This document shows positions 7,308 through 12,205 of a stretch of DNA of 12,205 bases, in pieces (position 1 is the first letter of the stretch; each line of letters opens with the position of its first letter). Under the pieces are notes generated by a model. It had not been told where the DNA came from, searched no databases, and saw only the letters and a program-made list of their open reading frames with translations. The DNA lies in assembly GCA_963703955.1 (NCBI GenBank), contig CAVPGK010000007.1, positions 1 through 12,205 on the forward strand. The letters are read 5' to 3'. The stretch comes from Nitrospirota bacterium (GTDB taxonomy: Bacteria; Nitrospirota; Nitrospiria; Nitrospirales; Nitrospiraceae). Position numbers and translations under genes: made by a program.

Positions 7308-7474
7308 GGTGACACGACGAGGGTAGTCAAGGGGAAGTGATGGGTTGCTCGCAGGCGACATCTTCGTCCTCTGTAAGCGTCTCAAGGGGTTGAGAGAGTC
7401 ACGCTGAATGAAGGGCTTACCCCTGTTCGGCCCCGGCCCGGCCGTGGATGAATGCCAAATTTCTTTCTCTCGCC

Positions 7475-7504
7475 TTGACAATTCCCTCGAGATTTTGATT
7501 GAAT
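7475..7504 (+). promoter_or_regulatory. Putative sigma70 promoter of the atp F0 operon
   Basis: TTGACA (7475-7480), an 18-nt spacer ending in TGA, then TTGAAT (7499-7504). It has an AT-rich upstream tract and a GC-rich discriminator (GACGCGCC). Confidence 0.55.
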
Positions 7505-7565
7505 GACGCGCCGTTTTGCAGCGGGACCCTCTCTTCGATTGCGCCCGGAGTCATCGTGAGTTTCT

Positions 7566-7793
7566 ATGGCCGCCCCCGATCCGTTTTATACGAGTCTAGG
7601 GCAGGCATTCAGGATTGGAACAGAGCTACTCGCGGCGTTGATTATTGGTGGAGGGTTGGGTTGGTTGGTCGACACGTATCTGATTGGGTCGGGGAGCTGG
7701 GGCGTTGTCGTCGGATTAATCCTCGGCGGGATAGCAGGAGTCCTAAACGCGTATCGCACCGCTCAGCGCTGGGGGAACCCCAGCGATGAATAA
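7566..7793 (+). CDS. atpI: AtpZ/AtpI family protein (ATPase gene 1, two TM helices)
   Basis: GTELLAALIIGGGLGWLVDTYL...WGVVVGLILGGIAGVLNAYR is the typical ATPase_gene1 pattern. It is the first gene before atpB. Confidence 0.85.
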   Translation: MAAPDPFYTSLGQAFRIGTELLAALIIGGGLGWLVDTYLIGSGSWGVVVGLILGGIAGVLNAYRTAQRWGNPSDE

Positions 7794-7819
7794 TGAAACG
7801 GACCAACGAATGTAACTTT

Positions 7820-7850
7820 CCAATCATGAATCATCACTCACCAATCATGA
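7820..7850. repeat. Degenerate tandem heptamer repeat (NNAATCA x4)
   Basis: CCAATCA TGAATCA TCACTCA CCAATCA TGA. CCAATCATGA occurs at both 7820 and 7841. Confidence 0.6.
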
Positions 7851-7859
7851 CCCGGTGCC

Positions 7860-8606
7860 ATGGATAATCCGCTTCACCCCTTCGAACTCCATAACTTTGT
7901 AGACCTGTCACTGTTCGGGATCGATATCTCGCTCAACAAGGCTGTGCTGATGATGTGGGTAGTCATTGCGCTTGTGGCCGGGTTGTTGATCATGGCCGCT
8001 TCCACTCGGCGACTGGTGCCGAACAAACTGCAGAGTCTAGCTGAGTTGCTTGTAGACTTTATTCGGGGCATCATTCTCGACACGATGGGGCAGGATGGCA
8101 TGCGGTTCTTCCCGTTTATCGCAACGCTATTCCTGTTTATCCTGTTCAGCAATCTGATTGGCTTGATTCCCGGGTCTTATACCGTCACCAGCCAAATTGT
8201 CGTGACGGCCGTCTTTGCGTTGAGTGTGTATGCGATGAGTCTGATCCTGGGCTTCGTGCGGCATGGAATCAAGTTCTTAGGCATCCTGGTCCCGCCCGGA
8301 ACGCCGGCGTGGTTGATCCCCCTAATGATGCCGATTGAATTGATCAGTCAGCTCGCAAGGCCCCTCTCGTTGGCCGTTCGGCTGTTCGCGAACATGACGG
8401 CAGGCCATACGATCCTGGCGGTGCTGTTTGGGTTGGTACTCGCCGGAGGCGTCCTGATCGGCTGGTTGCCGTTTGCATTTACGATCGCCTTGAATGGCCT
8501 AGAACTCCTCATCGCCTTTATCCAGGCCTATATTTTTACCGTGTTGACCTGCGTCTATCTCGGAGACGCCATGCATCTTCACGGACACGAATCGCACGCG
8601 CATTAA
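7860..8606 (+). CDS. atpB: F0F1 ATP synthase subunit a
   Basis: VPNKLQSLAE, FFPFIATLFLFILFSNLIGLIP, the essential Arg in RPLSLAVRLFANMTAGH, and ELLIAFIQAYIFTVLTCVY. Confidence 0.97.
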   Translation: MDNPLHPFELHNFVDLSLFGIDISLNKAVLMMWVVIALVAGLLIMAASTRRLVPNKLQSLAELLVDFIRGIILDTMGQDGMRFFPFIATLFLFILFSNLIGLIPGSYTVTSQIVVTAVFALSVYAMSLILGFVRHGIKFLGILVPPGTPAWLIPLMMPIELISQLARPLSLAVRLFANMTAGHTILAVLFGLVLAGGVLIGWLPFAFTIALNGLELLIAFIQAYIFTVLTCVYLGDAMHLHGHESHAH

Positions 8607-8728
8607 CAGAGAGATGAAAATATCCTCCTGCGGCGTTGTCATTAGCTTGAATCCTTCAACGTACAGTCGTACGTCGTGGGGTTCTTGCCCGTTGCGGTCT
8701 AGGCGGAGACCATTTCATGCAGCCTGTT
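8605..8728. repeat. 124-bp palindromic MITE/REP-like element between atpB and atpE
   Basis: Terminal inverted repeats AACAG..ATGAAA / TTTCAT..CTGTT. Internal symmetric pairs are CTCC/GGAG (8625-8628/8705-8708), GAATCCT/GGGGTTC (8649-8655/8678-8684) and the central ACGTAC-AGTC-GTACGT (8659-8674). All share an axis at about 8666.5. Confidence 0.7.
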
Positions 8729-8760
8729 CGGCTTTCATTGAAGAAGAGAAAGGATAAGCG

Positions 8761-8991
8761 ATGGATTCAGCAGCATCTGCCTTATTGGGAATGGGGATGG
8801 CGGCAGCCGGCTTTGCCGGAGCCGGAGTAGGGATCGGCTACATCTTCGGCAAGATGATTGAGGCGGTGGCCCGCCAACCCGAGGCGGAAGGTCGGGTGGG
8901 CAAGTACATGTGGATCGGGTTCGCTTTGGTCGAGGCGATCGCCCTCTATGGCCTCGTCATTGCTTTCATCATCATGGGATTACGCAAGTAA
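8761..8991 (+). CDS. atpE: F0F1 ATP synthase subunit c (H+-type signature)
   Basis: GAGVGIG glycine motif, ARQPE loop and ion-binding Glu in LVEAIALY. Strong SD AAAGGA in an A-rich context. Confidence 0.97.
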   Translation: MDSAASALLGMGMAAAGFAGAGVGIGYIFGKMIEAVARQPEAEGRVGKYMWIGFALVEAIALYGLVIAFIIMGLRK

Positions 8992-9007
8992 GTCGTGACT
9001 CGCGCTG

Positions 9008-9075
9008 AGTCCGTTTGCTCCATGTAGTCCGTTAGCTCCATTAATGGACGAAAACCGCTTGACTAACTTAACGGA
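9008..9075. repeat. Tandem 9/18-bp repeat with complementary arm (hairpin-forming) between atpE and atpF
   Basis: AGTCCGTTTGCTCCATGT (9008-9025) and AGTCCGTTAGCTCCATTA (9026-9043). There is a perfect palindrome TCCATTAATGGA (9037-9048), and TTAACGGA (9068-9075) can pair with TCCGTTAG (9028-9035). Confidence 0.6.
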
Positions 9076-9098
9076 TCAACAAAAGGCGCACAAGAATC

Positions 9099-9611
9099 AT
9101 GCCTCAGTTTGAGAGTCATTTTTTCTCGTCTCTGATCTTCTGGGAGATCGTCTCCTTCGTCGTTCTCTTGTGGGTTCTCTACAAATACGCCTTCCCCCCG
9201 ATTTTGGAGATGCTGGAGACACGCGAGCGTAAGATTCGGGAGAGCCTGGAGCAGGCTGAGCGCCATCGAGTAGAAGCGGAGCGCAAGATGAAGGAGTATG
9301 AAGCTAAGCTCAGCGCCGCATCGCGAGAGGCTGAGAGCCTTCTGGCGCAGGCCAAGGAACGAGCCCAACGCCTGTTGGATGAGAATGAGCAGCGCTTGGT
9401 AGCCGAGGCGGAGCGGATCAAAGCGGATGCAGCGCGGGAAATTGAGCACGAACGACGAAAGGCCATCCAAGAAATCCGCACGCAAACGACTGACTTGGCA
9501 TTGCTGGTGGCTGAAAAGGTCGTGCAGCGCAGTTTGACTGATGCCGACCATCGTCGGATGGCCGATGAGGCGTTAGCGGCGGTCGCTACAACCTACCGCG
9601 AGAAACCGTGA
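9099..9611 (+). CDS. atpF: F0F1 ATP synthase subunit b
   Basis: A single N-terminal TM helix (LIFWEIVSFVVLLWVLYKYAFPPI), then ETRERKIRESLEQAE, a long A/E/K/R coiled coil and LALLVAEKVV. It follows atpE. Confidence 0.95.
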   Translation: MPQFESHFFSSLIFWEIVSFVVLLWVLYKYAFPPILEMLETRERKIRESLEQAERHRVEAERKMKEYEAKLSAASREAESLLAQAKERAQRLLDENEQRLVAEAERIKADAAREIEHERRKAIQEIRTQTTDLALLVAEKVVQRSLTDADHRRMADEALAAVATTYREKP

Positions 9612-9665
9612 GGATGACCAGAGCTATTGAGTGAATCTTTGCGGTAAGCTGAGATGGGGCGCATT

Positions 9666-10478
9666 TCACGTTGACCTGACATTCGTACTCCCCTTCCGAT
9701 ATCCTTCCAAGTCCACCGTGATGAAGTGAAAGCCGAGTTCTTTCAGCTTGTCCGCTAGGCGCGCGCGAAGATCCGGATCGAGCATCCTGGCCAGTTCCTC
9801 ACTCTCGAGTTCAATCCTTGCGATTTCCCCGTGGTCCCTGACCCTGAATTGTCTGAGCCCTTCCCGGAACAACGAAGCCTCTGCCTGTTCGACCCGGCTC
9901 AGCCTTTCGAGGGTGATCGCGGTCCCTCTCGGGATACGGGATGACAGGCAGGCCGCCGCGGGTTTTGCCCAGTTGGAGAGTCCAAGCTCTCTTGCCATAG
10001 TCCGAACTTCGGCCTTGGTCAGCTCGGCTTCAACCAGCGGACTTCTCACTCCCCATTCACGGGCGGCGGCGATACCCGGACGATCGTCCCCTAAATCGTC
10101 CAGATTCGTGCCATCGACAATCGCGTCAATGCCTAGCTCCTGCCTCAGCTTTCCCAAGGCTCGATAGAGATCCGTCTTACAGTGATAGCACCGACCGGCA
10201 TCGTTTCGAACGAAGTCCTCGATCTCGAGTTGATCCGTTTCAATGATCAAATGGCGCGCGCCGATCTCTGCGCCGACTCGACGGGCGACATCCAGCTCGA
10301 TGTGAGGGAAAGTCGGTGAGAGGGCGGTGACCCCAATAGCCCGTGACCCGAGGTGATCATGAGCCACTTTGAGCACGAGCGTGCTATCGATTCCACCCGA
10401 AAAGGCCACCACGGCCGACCCCATTTCTCTCAGCAAGCATTGCAGCGTGTGGAATTTCTCTGGCAGCGGAGAGCTCAT
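9666..10478 (-). CDS. larE: ATP-dependent sulfur transferase LarE (PP-loop, nickel-pincer nucleotide cofactor biosynthesis)
   Basis: VAFSGGIDS PP-loop, RCYHCK, DGTNLDDLGDDRPG, SPLVEAELTKAEVR, KPAAACLSSRIPRG, FRVRDHGEIARIE and GFHFITVDLEGYRKGS. Confidence 0.93.
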   Translation of the reverse strand: MSSPLPEKFHTLQCLLREMGSAVVAFSGGIDSTLVLKVAHDHLGSRAIGVTALSPTFPHIELDVARRVGAEIGARHLIIETDQLEIEDFVRNDAGRCYHCKTDLYRALGKLRQELGIDAIVDGTNLDDLGDDRPGIAAAREWGVRSPLVEAELTKAEVRTMARELGLSNWAKPAAACLSSRIPRGTAITLERLSRVEQAEASLFREGLRQFRVRDHGEIARIELESEELARMLDPDLRARLADKLKELGFHFITVDLEGYRKGSTNVRST

Positions 10479-10514
10479 CGTTACTTTGTGTGGGCTTCCG
10501 TCATTCAGCTTTAC

Positions 10515-10595
10515 CGGTGAGCGGGCGGTGTCTTCGTGAGGCGGCCGGGTCTTCCGCGACTGAGAACAAAGTTGAAGGCATTTTTCAGCATCCTA
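10515..10595. repeat. Partial, degenerate copy of a MITE/REP-like element after the M16 gene stop
   Basis: The minus strand begins AGGATGCTGAAAAA right after the stop. The reverse complement of 10548-10594 aligns ungapped to 8608-8654 at 26/47 identities (hand count). It also resembles the right end of that element (AGGCTGCATGAAA on the minus strand). Confidence 0.45.
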
Positions 10596-11936
10596 CTACT
10601 GATTAACCTTGGCCTTGGCAAGATTGCCGACCACGACAAGCGCATAACGGTTTGGATGAAGGTACTGCTTGGCGACCCGGAGCACGTCGTCCTTCGTCAC
10701 CTGCTCGATCAATTTGGGGTACCGACTGAAATAGTCAAGACCGAGACCGTAGAGTTCGACCAGTCCCAATACTTCGGCCAGTTTCGAAATGGTATCGAGA
10801 CGAAGGGGGAAGCTGCCGATCAAGTAGGATTTGGCCTCGGCCAGTTCTTGATCTGTGACTGGGCCTTCGCGGATACGATTTATTTCGGAAAGCACGCCTG
10901 TGATGGCTTGGTTAGCCGCCTCGTTTCGTGTCTGGAGGCTGACCTGAAAAGCTCCTGGCATGAGGTTGGCTTCGAAATGGCTGCCCACGCTGTATGCCAA
11001 TCCTTGGGCATCCCGGATGGACTCCATCAGGCGCGACGAGAAGCCTCCCGCGCCAAGGATGTAGTTCATCAGCGTGACCGCGTAATAATCAGGGTTCATT
11101 CGACTGATCCCCAGATGGCCCACGAGAACGGTGGCCTGAGTCAGATCTTTTTCGATCAACCGAACGACCGGCTTCTCAATCGCATGGGGCGCCGCGGCGG
11201 TCCGCGGGGTGCTATCCCCCCGCTTCCAGACGCCGAAGCGCTTGGTGATCAGCGATTTCGCCTGCTCCATGGCCAGATCGCCCACGACGACCAGGATGGT
11301 TTGATTGGGCACGTATTCACGCGCAAAAAACTGTTGGACGTCCATCCGCTTGATCTTCGCCAGCGTCTCATCCGTGCCGTTTACGGGCCAGCGGTAGGGA
11401 TGTCCTTCGAAGACCAACTGGTCGAATACCTTGGCTGCGACCTGGCCGGGATCGTCCTTCTCACTGAGGATCTCACCAATGAGCTGACTCTTGACCCGTT
11501 CCAGTTCCGGTTCAACGAAGGTTGGATGGAGCAGAATGTCGGCAAGCAATTCGAATCCCAGCTCCGTATCCTTCTTCAACACCCGCGCGGTTGCGGCAGT
11601 GAAATCATGGGATGTTCTCACCATGAGCATGCCGCCCACAAATTCGATCTGTTCGGCGATCTGCTTGGCAGAACGGTTGGCGGTCCCTTCGTCCAGCAAG
11701 CTGGCGGTGAGATTGGCCAATCCTGCTTTGTCGGAGGGATCCTGCGCGGAGCCGGCTTTAATCAAGGCGTGGATTTGGACGATCGGCAGTGAACGCTGCT
11801 CCAGCACCAAGACGGTCAGGCCGTTGGGCATGACGAATCGAACCGGGTTGATATCGGCTCCGAGGCCCTGTCTCGGCGCCAGCCACGAGACACTGATGAA
11901 CAGCACGATCCATGCAGGGACGAGATAAAGACTCAT
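10596..11936 (-). CDS. M16 family (pitrilysin/insulinase, M16B) peptidase-like protein, non-catalytic subunit, with signal peptide
   Basis: MPNGLTVLV, IKAGSAQDP, HPYRWPVNGT, YVPNQTILVVVGD, NYILGAGGFSSRL and IRDAQGLAYSV. The HxxEH position reads NLTAS. The N-terminus is a hydrophobic signal peptide. Confidence 0.92.
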   Translation of the reverse strand: MSLYLVPAWIVLFISVSWLAPRQGLGADINPVRFVMPNGLTVLVLEQRSLPIVQIHALIKAGSAQDPSDKAGLANLTASLLDEGTANRSAKQIAEQIEFVGGMLMVRTSHDFTAATARVLKKDTELGFELLADILLHPTFVEPELERVKSQLIGEILSEKDDPGQVAAKVFDQLVFEGHPYRWPVNGTDETLAKIKRMDVQQFFAREYVPNQTILVVVGDLAMEQAKSLITKRFGVWKRGDSTPRTAAAPHAIEKPVVRLIEKDLTQATVLVGHLGISRMNPDYYAVTLMNYILGAGGFSSRLMESIRDAQGLAYSVGSHFEANLMPGAFQVSLQTRNEAANQAITGVLSEINRIREGPVTDQELAEAKSYLIGSFPLRLDTISKLAEVLGLVELYGLGLDYFSRYPKLIEQVTKDDVLRVAKQYLHPNRYALVVVGNLAKAKVNQ

Positions 11937-12205
11937 CGTTGTATGGTGTCTTCGCTGTGAGACTGACCGACTACCGGCGGTTCTGCCGGCGGGGTCGGAA
12001 TAAGGATGCCGACTGTTCGCGATCCCGGAACCAGGAATTGTTTGGCGACCCGCTGCACGTCCTGAGCAGTCACGATGCGAATGCGTTCCAAAAACTTGTC
12101 GATATGGCGCCAGCCGACGCCGACGGTCTCGGCCTGTCCGAGCAACATGGCCTGACGGAACATTGAATCCTGGCCGAAGATATACTCGGCTTCCACCTGG
12201 TTCTT
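11933..12205 (-). CDS. C-terminal part of a second M16 family peptidase (5' end outside the window)
   Basis: The frame is open to the window edge: KNQVEAEYIFGQDSMFRQAMLLG...ERIRIVTAQDVQRVAKQFL, a typical M16 C-terminus. Its TGA overlaps the next ATG (ATGA, 11936-11933). Confidence 0.85.
   Translation of the reverse strand, partial: KNQVEAEYIFGQDSMFRQAMLLGQAETVGVGWRHIDKFLERIRIVTAQDVQRVAKQFLVPGSRTVGILIPTPPAEPPVVGQSHSEDTIQR

Noticed and set aside
7266..7481. 71-aa minus-strand ORF in the pab/atp spacer
   Set aside because: It has no motif or convincing start signal, and it overlaps predicted promoters.
8574..8603. His-rich C-terminus of subunit a (HLHGHESHAH) as a metal-binding link to larE/nickel
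   Set aside because: Short His-rich tails are common on AtpB. Nothing else supports a link to nickel.
8761..8991. Na+-translocating or N-type ATPase
   Set aside because: Subunit c lacks the Gln and Glu-Ser/Thr Na+ signature, and the gene order is not the atpDCQRBEFAG arrangement of N-ATPases.
9008..9043. Direct repeats as a mini CRISPR array
   Set aside because: There are only two adjacent 18-bp units, with no spacers and no cas genes.
10536..11792. 418-aa plus-strand ORF
   Set aside because: It is an antisense shadow of the M16 gene, with no recognisable motifs or RBS. Such ORFs are expected from codon bias in GC-rich DNA.

Overview
This is a mostly housekeeping, GC-rich bacterial window. 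Gene content, order and intergenic repeats look Nitrospira-like (Nitrospirota), but that is recalled rather than verified. On the minus strand, a 31-aa bS22/AURKAIP1-COX24-like ribosomal small protein (missed by the ORF track) is followed by a 72-aa hypothetical protein and an MsbA-like ABC exporter with an apparent 1-nt frameshift just before its ATPase domain. On the plus strand, a probably leaderless lipoprotein gene precedes nadB. Next, on the minus strand, come pabB (PIAGT type), an abutting in-frame pabC-like class IV PLP enzyme and a lytic transglycosylase. On the plus strand is an F0-only, H+-type ATP synthase operon (atpZ/I-atpB-atpE-atpF) with a different repeat or hairpin element in each spacer. 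Last, on the minus strand, are an M16 peptidase gene pair and larE. I found no convincing wholly new system, CRISPR array, tRNA, rRNA or transposase. The best leads are the unannotated bS22-like small ORF, the ABC frameshift, a symmetric MITE-like element inside the atp operon, leaderless promoters, the pabB|pabC TGA-GTG junction and a candidate rod-shaped RNA in the pab/atp divergent spacer.
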